A stretch of 63,568 nt of DNA, filler included, from Saprolegnia diclina VS20 (lineage: Eukaryota): NCBI RefSeq assembly GCF_000281045.1. It is 5 parts of 2 records of this genome, joined end to end, with 100 filler letters (N's around TTAATTAATTAA, not from the genome) between each part and the next. Parts side by side here need not be neighbours in the genome. Positions count along the whole stretch, not along the records: positions 20,104 to 47,051 come from NW_008246079.1; 4 more parts are not named here. One strand, written 5' to 3'. The notes beneath the pieces were generated by a model. The model was given only the letters and a program-made list of their open reading frames with translations, made no database searches and had not been told where the DNA came from. A program made the translations under genes and the position numbers. Positions 21,079-33,228 of this stretch are shown one piece after another (within the stretch, counting starts at the first letter, position 1; each line of letters starts with the position of its first letter).

Positions 21079-23187
21079 CTACAATTCGTCCTTTACGGGC
21101 GTCTTGGTCGTCCTCTTCTTTCTCTTCTTGAGCTTCTTCTTGGGCTTGGTTGGCGTCGCAGCAGCTTCTGCCGCCTTCTTGGCCGCCGCGATCTCTTCCT
21201 GCAGCGCGCGCTTCCGCGCCTCCTTTTCCCGGGCCTCGTCGGCGAGGATCTCGGCCATCATGTCGGCCATCTCTTCGTCGTCTTCCTCGACAATCGGCAA
21301 AGCCACCTCCGCTGCGCGCGCGACGCAGGTTGCTGGGTCGGTCCACGCCAGCGGTCCATCGATGGCGATCGTTCGCGTCTTGCCGTACAGAACACTGTGC
21401 ACAAAGGCTTGGACGCTCTCGACGTCAAAGACACCGGCGTGCGACGCAACGCGGTGCTTGAGTGGCGAGTACACCGCGACGCTGGGCAAGTGCCAGCTCT
21501 CGATACCGAGCTGCTGGGCCACGCTGGCTTGGCACGTGCCATCAAGCCAGACGTACACGACGGGGCTGCCGGCCGCCTTGCTTTGACGTGCGAGCTCCAA
21601 AAGCATGGCTTTGTGCGGCGCAATCGCGTCGGCAACAGCGCTGACAACACACAAGGTTGCGCCATTGCAGATGGACGCCAAGCTCTCACTGCTGTCGACG
21701 TGCACAAGACTCGGCTCGGCCGTTGTTGCGGGCACCGGGCCGTACGACGCAAGGAGCTGGTCGAGGAAGCGCGCAATGTTCTCAAACGTCGGCGGTCCGA
21801 GTTGCTTCTTGTCGTAAAAGGCCATCGAGAATTGCTCCTTTGGCACGTCCGGATCGCGCGGCGTCATGAACGCGACCATGGACGGCACGTGGCCAATGCC
21901 AAACTGCGCCTTGATCTCGGGCGACGGCTTGTAGACGACGCCAAACTGCAGACGGTGCGCGTAGGCAAGTGCGACGGCTTGCACGACGGTCGGGGCCTCG
22001 TCCTTGGTCGTGAAGAGGACAAAGCTGAGCGTGTCACTCGAGAGCATGCGACCAAAAAACGCGTTCAAGTCGGTGCTGCCGTAGAGCCCCGACGTCGTGT
22101 CGGGCAGTGTGCGGAGCACCGACGCAGCGGCGACAGCGAGTGATGGCAGCGGCAACAGCGAGGCAGCTGAGATCGAACCTTTGGCTCCATACGGGAGATG
22201 GTACACGCCGGGCTTCTCATCACACCACGGTGCATCACACAGCACGAGCGCGATGCGGACGAGAAGACCAGCTTTCGAGCGAATATCCTGGACGCACTGC
22301 GCCCAGTCGGTGCTTGTGGCAATGTCAATGGGCGATGTGGTCTCGGGCTGCGCTAGGACGAGCCACGCAGTGGCGTTTTTGCTGGCGCGGGCGTCCGCAA
22401 GCACCGCCTCTAGCGCGGCAGTGCTGAGCCACTTGGGCTCGGCTGTGTCGACGGCGTTGTCGTCGCGCGGTGCATGGTCGCGGACAAAGCTCGCGAGGTC
22501 TTCATACGACGTCATGTCCTTCTCTGATGGAAAGACCTTGTAGTCGGCCTCCGAGGTCCCCATGAGCAGCGTCGGAAGGGACACAACGGGGAATTGACCA
22601 TGCGCGTCGCCTTCGTCGGCCACCAAGTAAAATCGTATCGACGGAAAGTCTACCGAGAGCGCCTTGTACAAGAGCGATGGCGTCTTCTTCTTGGTCAGAA
22701 GCACGACGCGGGTTTCACTGGGCGGCCACGAGATGTTCCAAGCCGCAAGAACGTTCGACGGCGCACGCTCCCGCACGAGCTTCTTGAGCGTGCGAAGGTC
22801 CATTTGGCTCGGCGCAATCGGCATTGGCTCGGGCGGGCGAAAGAGACGCTCCTTGTAGGGGTTCCATGTCGGCTTCTCGCGCAGGAGCACGAGCAGCGGC
22901 GGGTTGAGCGACTGGAGGCCAACGGCCGTCGCAACCTCCTTGGAGATCCAGGCTGTGCGCACGGCGTATGGCAGCTCGCGCGCCACGTCGTCGAGAGCGG
23001 TGAGCGCGCTGGCCTCGGTGTCGTCGCTGTACAAGAGAACCCAGAGCTTCTGCGAGGATTCCATGCCCGACGCCCGCAGCGCCTGCACCGAGTCGACTCG
23101 AAGCACGTTCTCGTAGCTCCATGCGCTAACCGCGTCGGCAATCAGCACAAGAAGCGCGGCTAGAAGCGCGTGCCAATGCGATGGCAT
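21079..23187 (-). CDS. ER-luminal thioredoxin-fold (PDI-like) protein without CGHC, KDEL-terminated
   Basis: 702-aa single ORF; signal peptide; several Trx-like segments including a P5/PDIA6-like C-terminal domain; acidic then Lys-rich tail; C-terminal KDEL. Confidence 0.8.
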   Translation of the reverse strand: MPSHWHALLAALLVLIADAVSAWSYENVLRVDSVQALRASGMESSQKLWVLLYSDDTEASALTALDDVARELPYAVRTAWISKEVATAVGLQSLNPPLLVLLREKPTWNPYKERLFRPPEPMPIAPSQMDLRTLKKLVRERAPSNVLAAWNISWPPSETRVVLLTKKKTPSLLYKALSVDFPSIRFYLVADEGDAHGQFPVVSLPTLLMGTSEADYKVFPSEKDMTSYEDLASFVRDHAPRDDNAVDTAEPKWLSTAALEAVLADARASKNATAWLVLAQPETTSPIDIATSTDWAQCVQDIRSKAGLLVRIALVLCDAPWCDEKPGVYHLPYGAKGSISAASLLPLPSLAVAAASVLRTLPDTTSGLYGSTDLNAFFGRMLSSDTLSFVLFTTKDEAPTVVQAVALAYAHRLQFGVVYKPSPEIKAQFGIGHVPSMVAFMTPRDPDVPKEQFSMAFYDKKQLGPPTFENIARFLDQLLASYGPVPATTAEPSLVHVDSSESLASICNGATLCVVSAVADAIAPHKAMLLELARQSKAAGSPVVYVWLDGTCQASVAQQLGIESWHLPSVAVYSPLKHRVASHAGVFDVESVQAFVHSVLYGKTRTIAIDGPLAWTDPATCVARAAEVALPIVEEDDEEMADMMAEILADEAREKEARKRALQEEIAAAKKAAEAAATPTKPKKKLKKRKKRTTKTPVKDEL

Positions 23188-23333
23188 CTTGGATTCTTAG
23201 TGCAATCTCAGTTGCGACCAGTTTGCACTTCTAGAAAATGTCGCGATCTTTCGTCCGGTTTGATATCCGGACGGCCACTTCAACGTCGTTCGGTTGATTG
23301 CCGGCAAACAACTGGTGGCACGGTATCCGGACC

Positions 23334-23765
23334 ATGATCGTGCGCGCAGCCGACGACGCCGCCGAGCCCGCCGAGCTCGGCCGCCACGCAGCGCCCATCG
23401 TCTGGGTCGTCGCGACGCTATGTGGCGTCGTTCTGTGCATGCTCGACTTGGCGTCGCTCCTCGGCGCGTCCGGCTCCACCTCGTCGTTTGGCCTCTTCTC
23501 GCTCGCCAAGCTCGCCGTCTCGATCGACGCGATGGGCGCCAACCTCCTGACAGGCTACCTCTTTGTTTGCTTTTGGATGCTCGCGCGCGACGGCTACACG
23601 CGGCCGTGCGCGATGTGGTGCGTCGCGCAGCTGCTTCTCGGCAATCTTATCCTTTGTCTCTACGTCGTCCGCGCCTTGTACGCGACCAACGGCGACTGGA
23701 GCGCGTTCTGGTGCGGACCGCGCACGCGTCCTACGACCGAAGACAAGGTCCACCGATGCCTGTGA
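23334..23765 (+). CDS. Small multi-pass membrane protein (DUF1475-like)
   Basis: Three hydrophobic segments; pattern FWMLARD...WCVAQLLLGNLILCLYV; head-to-head with the KDEL gene, 146 bp between start codons. Confidence 0.6.
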   Translation: MIVRAADDAAEPAELGRHAAPIVWVVATLCGVVLCMLDLASLLGASGSTSSFGLFSLAKLAVSIDAMGANLLTGYLFVCFWMLARDGYTRPCAMWCVAQLLLGNLILCLYVVRALYATNGDWSAFWCGPRTRPTTEDKVHRCL

Positions 23766-23828
23766 GTCGTATGGACGATAGCTTAAGCAAGCATATATCG
23801 ACTCTTGTATTATACACGGCAATCGATC

Positions 23829-26800
23829 TTACGAGATCGCGTTGCTCGTGGGGCTGCTCGGCGTCGGCGGCTGCTTTGGCATAAACGATATTCGGCTCAT
23901 CGAGTTGGTCGCGTGCTCGTCGACGTAAAACACTTGGTCGAGGATGTCCTTGATGGACTTGAGCTGCATCGTCTCGGCCTTCTTCCATAGGTTGTAGTTG
24001 ATGTGCACTTGGTCCAGAATAGGTTTGAAGCCCGGCGTAAACACGATTTCGGCCACAACGTCAAAGAACGGCAAGATGATAAACTCGAAAAAGCCCAGTT
24101 GGTTCTATCCACCATAAGACCACGTGCAACATAGAGCTAGAATACCTTGGCACTGTTTTCCAGCGACCGGTTCATGAACGGCGAGATCTCCATGCCGAGC
24201 TCCTTCTCTTCGTCGCCTTGGAGGAAGAACTCTTCAATGATGAGCTCCGACCAGCGCGCATGGAGCTGCGTCGACTTGGACGAATGGCCGACATCCGCGC
24301 ACTTGATGATGATCTTCATGAGCATCATGGGCGAGTCCATCACGTCGTTGCGGTTCTGCGAGAGAAGCGCGGCCTTGAGCGACCCGACGAGCTGCAAATG
24401 CACCGAGAGATCGGTGGTGAGCACCATCTCGATGATGGCCTTGCGCACTTCGGTGTACTGCTTGGGCTTCATGCCACTAGGCATACGTGCTCCACCAACA
24501 TTGTTCAACGAGCGGAACCCACCTAAAGATGTTGAAGTCGCGCTCGGACGCAAGGAAGAACGACTCGGCCAAGTGCATGCGCTCGAGCACGGACGAGTCG
24601 CTGTAGCGCACGGCCAGGCTGTGCTGGCTCTTGACCAGAAAGTTGTTGCTCTTGCCCTAACCCGCAGCGTGAGCTTTCGTAAAGACTCTAAAACATACCG
24701 GATGGCGAAAATCGTGGATCGCGGCGGCCACAATCGCGGCAAACACCTCTTGGATGTTGAGGAGCGTGAGGAAGAAGCCATTGTCGACGGTCGAGATCAT
24801 AAACTCAACGTAGTTGACCACATCGGCCGCATGGCAATTGTTGTGCTACATACAAAATCCTTGATAAAACCAGAATCACCCATCGTGTACGACAGCGTAC
24901 ATAGGGGTTGGGGAGGTACCCGGCATCGATGAACCAGAAAAAGTTGATCATTGTGTGTTTTTCGACCGAGCAAAAGCTAAACATGTTGTGGCGCTCGAAG
25001 ATGACGTAGGTCACGTAGGAAATCGGTTTCCCATTCGAGAGCTCCGAGACGCTACACAAATTCACAACGATAAGACAGATTTCCATAACAATAAGACATA
25101 ACAATAAAACAATTTGCAGCAAGTACATACGCGTGAATATCGACGTTCCAGCCACCCGCCTTCATCATGTCGTTGACTTTGCTCAAGATGGCTTCGTCCG
25201 GCAGCCGCACTTCGGGTCGAAGCGTCATCACGGGCTGGATCGACTCTTCGTCGCTTTGCGTTGAGGACCGGCGGTTGTTGTTACGCTGGTACGACTTGCT
25301 CGCAAGCACGGTCGTGGCCCAGCCCTTGGTATCCGCATCGAGGTCCACTTCGCGCTTCATTCTACAAGCATTTTACAACTGCATTTTTCAGAAATTGCGT
25401 TTCAAACTTGAGCTGTTCGTGAATGTCGGGCGCAAAGAGGTTGTGCCCCTGCTTGGTGAGCAAGGTCACAATCTCGTTGAGATGCTGCTGAAGCCCCGCG
25501 TCGAGGTTGGGCGACTGCTGGATCTTGGTAAGGTCCGTAATGACCTTGGCCATCGGCGAGTCGAGGTCCAACTAGAGATTTATGAGGTTATAGTCCAAAA
25601 GAGGAGAGAGACCGCGTCGCTGCCGTGGCCCGTCTGCGCTTCGAGCATGCGTTTGAGGGACCGGTTTTCATTTTGAATTTGCTCTTTTTGCTCTTGAGCA
25701 ATGCGCACTTTCTCTTCAACCGATCGAATGTGCAGAAAATTGAGCCGCATAAACCTAATAGAGCATAAGACAATATTGACCATTCACGATCGCACCGGTC
25801 AGTTTGGCGCACGCGGATGGCCATGATGGACGAGAGACCCGCGAGCACAAAGACGAGGTAAAATTTGTTGCGAATGAGGTACTGGTCGGACGTGACGGGA
25901 AACACAAGCGATAGAAAGATAAAGTAGCACAAGTTGGTCGTGAGCGCGGTTGCGATAAAGTAATATGTGTCGAGCTTGAAGAGTGGCGCAATGAGGAGGA
26001 TGATGAGCGGCCGCACCAAATTCGCATTCAGCTGCGCAATCGGCAATACGACTACAACAAATTTCATAAATCCCGTTATAAATCCATCGCAAACACAAGC
26101 ACGAGTACCGTCGGTGACGTAATAATCGAGTGTCATTTGGAGAGTCCCGGTCCGATCGGGATAACTCCAAAAGCTCGAGTAGTTGTTGAGACCAAAGCTT
26201 TGCGAGCTATTGAGCGCGACACTATTGTACACAACGAGCGCGTTCGGGGTCGACACGAACACTTGGCCGGTGACGTTGCCGACAAACGAAGCGGGGTAGG
26301 CCGACGCCACGTACCCACAGAACGAAGTCGCGACGGCGCTAATGTTGGCGGCCAAGGATTCGATTCCGCCAATGTCGCGCTGCGCAATGTGCAAGGTGAA
26401 TTGGCTTGCGCACACAAGGCCCGACCCGAGAAGCGAAAACGCACAGAAGTGCACGAGAATGCAAAAGATGAGCTGCATGCGGTCTTGGTACTTTTTGTTG
26501 CGGACGATAATGACGAGGAACGGCGTAGCGACGAGCACCGGCAGCGAGAAGAGGAGGCTCGTGAGCGAGATCGACCGCTCGGCCGCATCGCCGCCAATGA
26601 GCTTTGGAAGCTCAATCAAGCTCGTGACGATCCAGAGCAGCCAGAGAAGGATGCTCGAGTTGCACGCCGGGTTCAAGTTGATCTCGGTGCAGTACGCCTG
26701 GTACTCTTTCTCCAAGCTCGCGTTGGTTGAAAACTCGTTGGTGAGAAAGTTGAAGCCGTACCGCTCCTCCATCGCACGCGTGACCTTGACCGACTCGTGC

Positions 26801-27036
26801 CGCTCCGCGGGCGACTGCGGGTAGATCATGGACGTGGAGAGACCGAGCGACGACCGGCGCACGGCCGGCGTGTCGACACTGAGCGTGGGCGCCGCGCCCG
26901 GCTGCAGCGACGCCTTGCGCAAAGCTTTGCCCGCCGAGAAGGACATGCGTGACGCGGCGGGAATCGCGCCGAGTGGGCGCACCTTGTCCTGCTTCTCATC
27001 CGCGTCTTCGGACGACGTGGGCGCGATGCGAGGCAT
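23829..27036 (-). CDS. Membrane-bound class I cyclic-nucleotide phosphodiesterase, multi-exon
   Basis: Catalytic motifs NPY/HNNCHAADV, HDFRHPG, SNNFL, SVLERMHL, LTTDLSVH, IIKCADVGH, EEFFLQGDEE, QLGFFEFIILPFF across exons; N-terminal multi-TM region (ORF 25588..27036) followed by a coiled coil. Confidence 0.9.
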
Positions 27037-27498
27037 TTGTCTCTCGACGTCCTTTCACGACTGAAACGCAGGCGCTAAAAACGGGACCGAAACCACTTGG
27101 TGCTGCTGGTCGATATTCGTTTCACACTCGACCTAGAAATGGCGTCCAGCTCTTCCGCCTTATTAATGCGATACGTGGCTTGTCGTCGTATCCACCCGGC
27201 GACTCAATCGCTGTTGCCTCAGCCATTCTGGGTGCCCTAGTATCACATGCTAAACGTTCTCGAAGCGGTGCCAACTTGTACTAGTAGCTAGTGAGTTCTT
27301 GCGAACCAGAGACTGCCAGTGGCAATACCAACTGACTCATGATCAAGGGAATAGCCCTTGCTAATGAGAGAACAATCTCATTCGGCTCGTGTGAAAAGGG
27401 CGCTTCAAAGCAGAGCTGACTGCAACGAACGGAATCGTGAAATGGTGGTGGGGGGAGACTGGGCAAACAGCGCAAGTCGACGCTGAAACGGCCGTGCA

Positions 27499-30400
27499 AT
27501 GGCCGACTACGACGCCGCACGGCGCGCATTTCGCGCGATCGACCCTCTCAATGAGACGCGGGACCGCCTTACGATCGACCTCTCAGATTTGGAGTCGGCC
27601 TGTCGCCATCTCGGGGTCGTCCTCTCGAGCTACGAGCTCACACAAGCCATGTACGACTTGGATACGGCCGGCGACTTGGTCGTGGAGCTCGACGCCTTTG
27701 TCTTTTGGTGGCAGGCGCGTCTTGCGTCCAAGGACAATGACACAGCGATGGCCGAGGCAGCGCCGATTGTGCGGCTCTGGGAACACGTCATCGAGCTCGA
27801 CGGGAGTGCCTACTTTTACGACTACACCACCGGCGACGTGGTGTACGCGCTCCCAGATCTGATTGCAAATGTCCTCGCGGCGTACGAGCTGGCCGACAAG
27901 TCGTCGATGGACGAGAAGCTCCAGTGTTGGTTTCAGCGCTTTGACATTGATCAAAGCGGATCCTTGGACGTCGATGAGTGGCGCAGCATGCTGATCGCGC
28001 TAGGTCTGCCCGTGCCTCCGAAAGGAACCATGCCATCGACGATGCGCGACGTCGCTGGTCGCTACGCAGTGTCACCGTCGACGAACGCTAACAACAGTGT
28101 GTTTAGGCGGTTTGGGCGACGCGACACGGATCAGCTATGACATGCTGCACACGTATTGGTACGCGCATGCTCCACAGCGTGTGCGGCGACGCCTCGTCGA
28201 CTTTCCCGAGTGGACAGAGACGGTCGACGAGGCTGGCAATGTCTTCTACACCAACGACCGCACCCAAGTGACGACGTGGATGCCGCCGGCGCTACCTGCG
28301 CAACTGCACGTGTTCTTGGACCAGTCTCCTGGGGCCACGATCGAAAGCAAGATCGACCGGCTCTTTGCCTCGTTGGACGTCGACAACGATCTGTCGCTGA
28401 GCGCTCTGGAGTTGCAGACCCTCCTCAAGACATTAGGGTACGTCGACTGGCCACAAAGCCGTGTGGAAGCCGCGATCCGCGCCCTCGAGCCAGGATACGA
28501 CTTGGCCTCAAAAGCCACCGTGGTCGCCTGGATGCACAGCTGCAACAAGAAAGCGGTGCTGGGCGACTGGGAAGAATACACGGATGAAGGCAGCGGCCAA
28601 GTGTTCTACTACAACCCGCTCACGCAGGAGAGTCAGTGGGAACCGCCGCAGGTGACGTCGCACCTCCAAGCGCTTTTGGACAAGTTTAGCTCGGGTGCAA
28701 TAGCTCCTTTTTGTCGCGTGGAGCTATAAAGGCCATGTAGACTCGACCGTGACGACCAAAGACAAAATTCGACGGCTCTTTCAGCAGTACGACACGGACA
28801 ACACGGGCACATTGGACGTGAGCGAGCTCAAGCGCGTGTGCGCGGCCATGGGTCAATCCCTCGACGAGACAGACATGCAGGCCATGATTCGCGTACCGAG
28901 TTCTATTTTTCTTGAACTTAGATGGTTTAGGCGATCGACACGTCGGGCGACGGGCTGGTCAGCCTCGACGAGTTCCAAGCGTGGTGGCTCTCCAAGCAAG
29001 CTGTGGACGAGCAGTGGGACGTACAACAAGAGACGCTGTCCCGTGCTGACCACGTCCGGCACCTCTGTGCTACGTACTTGAAAGTCCCGATTCCCGTGTT
29101 CCTAGCGTCACCATTCGATTCGAATGCGATTCCACGGTCCATTTTGCTCTAGTTTTCACATTTTTACACTATTTCTTTGCTAGTCTGGTACAAGCGCTCG
29201 GTCGTGTCTGCCGCGGCAAAGCCCTTCTGGAGGCCTTGCACAATCTGGACCCAGAGAGTACTCATGTGGTTGACCCCGAAGCTTTCGTGCAATGGTATGA
29301 AATGCTATTTTTTGTTTGAAGGTTTAATCGATGGACCAGGTATCTCGCCTACGACACAGCGTGTGCAGCCCAAGAGAAGCGACTCCGCGAAGAACAACGG
29401 GCCCAAGAAGCCGTCGATGCGTGGATAGAATCCAAGGATGAGCACGGTATTCCTACAATATTTAAATTTTAGCAATATCTCGCTTGTAGGCAAAACGGTC
29501 TATATCAACAGCCGCACCAACGAACGCATGTGGGAAAAACCCGGCATTCAAGAAGCTATGCAGACGCTCTTGGCGTCCGTGGGTGGCCACGATGTCCGTC
29601 GTATTTTTCGTCAATTTGACGAAGACAATTCCGGTATTTTCGTGGTATTTCGACATGCAATTCGAGATTTATGGGGCTAGGGACAATTGATGCGGCGGAG
29701 CTCAAACATCTTTTGATGGCGCTCGGGCAGTCGGTCGACGACGCGCTTTTGCCGCAGATTCTGGCTGGCATGGACACGGGCGGGGACGGTGTCATTTCGC
29801 TCGACGAGTTTACGACGTGGTGGGTTTGCATGCAGCGGCGGTCGATCGCCACTCTTAACGCCCAAGCCCTCGCGGGCCAAGTCATCGACTACCACGCCAT
29901 GACCAAAGACTCGATCCGCGCCTTGCGACAGCTCTTTGCCCAGTTTGACACGGACCACTCGGGTGCCCTTAAGGGTTAGGGTATTAGCGTCTCAATTTGC
30001 GAGTAGGTTCGATCGACGAGAACGAGCTCAAGCACCTATTGTCGCGGCTGAATTGGTCATTGCCCGACGCCGAGCGACATCGCCTCATGCAACTCATCGA
30101 CACGAGTGGTGACGGACAAATGGACTGTGACGAGTTCATTGCGTGGTGGGTCACGGTGCACCGCGAGCTCGATATCAACAAGTCGGCTCAAGTCAACGGC
30201 CATCTCTTGGCCGACGCGATGGCAGCAAGCGCTTCTGGAAAGTACGTCCTAGTCCATTTCTAAGCCAACTTGATGACGATGGTTGCGTAGAGAGGATACG
30301 TCTCTGTTGGCGTCCCTCAAAGCCATCGACTTGAGCGAAGTGTCGTTCGCGAGCATCAAGGACAAGCTCTCGGACCTCAAGTACCGGCTCCTTGCCCCCA

Positions 30401-32709
30401 AGCTCGGCGATCTACTGCCAGAGGAAACCGAGCCCGAAGTGTACGACGGCGGCCGCGTTCGCTTCCTTGGCGCAATCAACGTCACAGCGATTCACCCTAT
30501 CATTGTCGACACCATGCGCTGTCTGCTCGATGACGTCGTGCTCATCACGCTGCTGATGCTCGCGGATGCCGCGCAGCGCATTCAAAAAATGTACCGCGCC
30601 AAGCGGGCCCGTCAACAACTCATTGTGACACTCAACGAGCGGTACATTTGGTGTCCATATAATGGTCGGACTGAGCCTTTTGGACTAGGTATGTCCACCA
30701 CGTTGACCGTGTCACGGGCGCGTCGTACTACATCAATCGACTCACAAAAGAAGTTCGGTTCGACAAGCCACCGCTGCTCGGTGACCACGAAATCTTGACG
30801 CCGCGGACAGCGCTGCGGGACAAGCACACGACGCTGGCGCTGCGGCGGCGGCGGCTCTGGCTCGAAAACGTCATGCCCACGATGGCTCTGCAAGGTCGGG
30901 CCACGTACCGCACCGCGGCGTTCTTCATGTATGACGTGCTTTGCCACGTCAAGCGGCGATTGCAGCGCGGCGTATGGCCCGCACTACGTGAGCACAACCA
31001 TGTTCTCGCGCAGCTGGTCGTTCGTCGGTACCCGCGCCAGCTCAAGCGACTCGGCCCCGTACGTCAAATGATATATATCAGGTCGAGGACGCCTCATTGA
31101 TAGCACGGCGACTACACGCTGCATTACGCCCTGCGCGAGGCCTTGCCTCCCGACGTGATTCTCGCGTTTTTGAAGGCGCATGACGATGTTCTGTCGCTCA
31201 AAAATGCGACGGGGCACACGCCGACGCACCTCTTGGCGCGGTCGCCCAACATGCGCGACTCGATGCGTCTGTTGAATGCATTTTTGGACGCACCCCGGGG
31301 CACCGACACCTGCACGATGGTCACAACGTCGACGCATTTGACGCCACTGCACTTGGCGTTGCAGCACCACGCGCCACGAAAATTCCTCTTGCGCCTCATG
31401 GCGGCGTGCCCCGGCGCCTTTTGCTTGCGCAACCACAACTTTGAGCAGCCCCTTCACATGGCCGTGCGTAGCGCTCGCCAACCGCTTTCGCTACGGCTCC
31501 AAATCGTCCAAGACTGCATTGATCACGGCAGTCCGATCGATTCGGTGTCTGAAAATGCCTCCCCGTTGCATTTCGGCCTCGTGCACGGCGTGCATGAAGC
31601 GATGCTGCACTTGCTCCTCACCCTCCAGCCAAGTGCGGTGGCCCAAGTCTACCGCCGGCTCTTGCCGCTCTTTTTGGCCATGAAAAAAGGGTGTTCGCCA
31701 TGTCTCTTGCTGCGTCTTCTCGAGATGACCATGGCGCACGTGCCCGCCGTGCACACGTCGAGAGCCTTCAACCCGCTGCACTACGCACTGCTCTACCGAC
31801 TGCCACCGACGTTTGTGCTCCAGCTGCTCGCGACGTGTCCCGCTTGGGCCCATGAGGTGACGAGTCGAAACGAGTACCCGTTGCATCTCGCGGCCATGTA
31901 CACGGAGGAGATAGCCGTCTTGAGAGCGATTCTGGAGGCCGCGCCATTGGCCGCTCGCCACGTCAACGACGCGGGTTGCCTCCCACTGCACCTGGCGGTG
32001 CTGCGCGGCGCGACGGCGTTAGCGAAAGAGCTTCTTCACGTGTGCCCGTGGGTGCTTTTGCAAACGATTCAAGGGACCAAGTACGACGCTCTGTTACTTG
32101 CGACGCGCGTGCGAGCCAAGTGGCCGACCAACTCGGCGCTTGTCGACCTCTGTCTCTACCCGCCGCCGTTGGCGCCGACGCGGCTGAAGTACACACACTT
32201 GGCGCTGACGCCGTACTTTGTGGCTGCCAATACGCGCCTGAGTGCCATGACGACGTTTGACAAGTAGGTGGATAGTTGGATCGCATTGGATACTTTGGCG
32301 ATGGATACTGACAAGAGTCTCCATTAGGCTGCACATGCTGGACCACTGCAGCACCGACGACTTGGAGGCAATTGCGCGCAAGAAGCTGCGCAGCGCGTTT
32401 CACAAGCCGACAAAAGAGTGGGAGATCGCCAAGATCCTAGCGCTCATGGCTCGGAATCCGCTCGACGCAGCGGTGCAGCTCCGCAGTCTCGTCGCACTTA
32501 ACCAAAAGGTGTGCCTCTACGACGAGGCGGCGCGGGAAGCGTGCGTCGAGGCGCACGATATTGTCCGCACGGTGCAGTACGCCATGTACGACTTTACGCC
32601 CCACGCGCGCATTCAGATCCTCGGCCAAGCGTGTTTGAACCACCTGCTGCCGACGCCCTTTGCCAAAGCCAAGTACCAAAGCCGCGTGGACCCGCTCTAC
32701 AAATTTTAG
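27499..32709 (+). CDS. Large EF-hand/WW/IQ/ankyrin-repeat protein, multi-exon
   Basis: EF loops DIDQSGSLDVDE, DVDNDLSLSALE, DTDNTGTLDVSE, DTGGDGVISLDE, DTSGDGQMDCDE; WW-like units (e.g. WEEYTDEGSGQVFYYNPLTQESQWEPP); IQ motif IQKMYRAKRAR; ankyrin-like xPLHxA repeats in 31143..32267. The single-gene model is inferred. Confidence 0.78.
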
Positions 32710-33228
32710 CGGCTTGAGTCGCTACCCGACTCGTCCGCGTCGCCTTGACGTACACTGTGTTGACGATGGTGTTTGTTGATCAATTTAGCGATCACTCCCA
32801 GCGACCAAGAGCTGGTGTCGACTCCTACGAATGCGAAGTCTTTTTAATGAAGATAACGCGGAACACGTTCATATATATATATATAATTTAGCGATTCGAC
32901 TACAGAGATTTGGGGGGGAATCATTCAAATACACAGCTCGCATAAAGCGTATAGGGCTTTCACGGACGGGCTGCACCAGTCATATATAAGTGGTGCTGGC
33001 TGGCTGCCAATGGTGATGTATCGTGTGAGCTCAGAGATTGTAGTAAGCTTAAGCTTACCAGGAAGCACAGCGTTGGCAACATGGATGCGGCATCTGCCAC
33101 GTTTAACACCAATTTAATACACACTATTTCCGTGAATGCATTGAGTGGTGATTGGCCAGAAAGTGGCCAATGGCATCGAGTGCACCGAACGGCCGCGGCA
33201 AAGATTGTTTCGAAGCGGCGGAGGAAGC

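Noticed and set aside
33043..33058. 16-bp perfect palindrome GTAAGCTTAAGCTTAC upstream of IFT88
   Set aside because: Single occurrence, explainable as a tandem AAGCTT duplication; no flanking direct repeat or other support.
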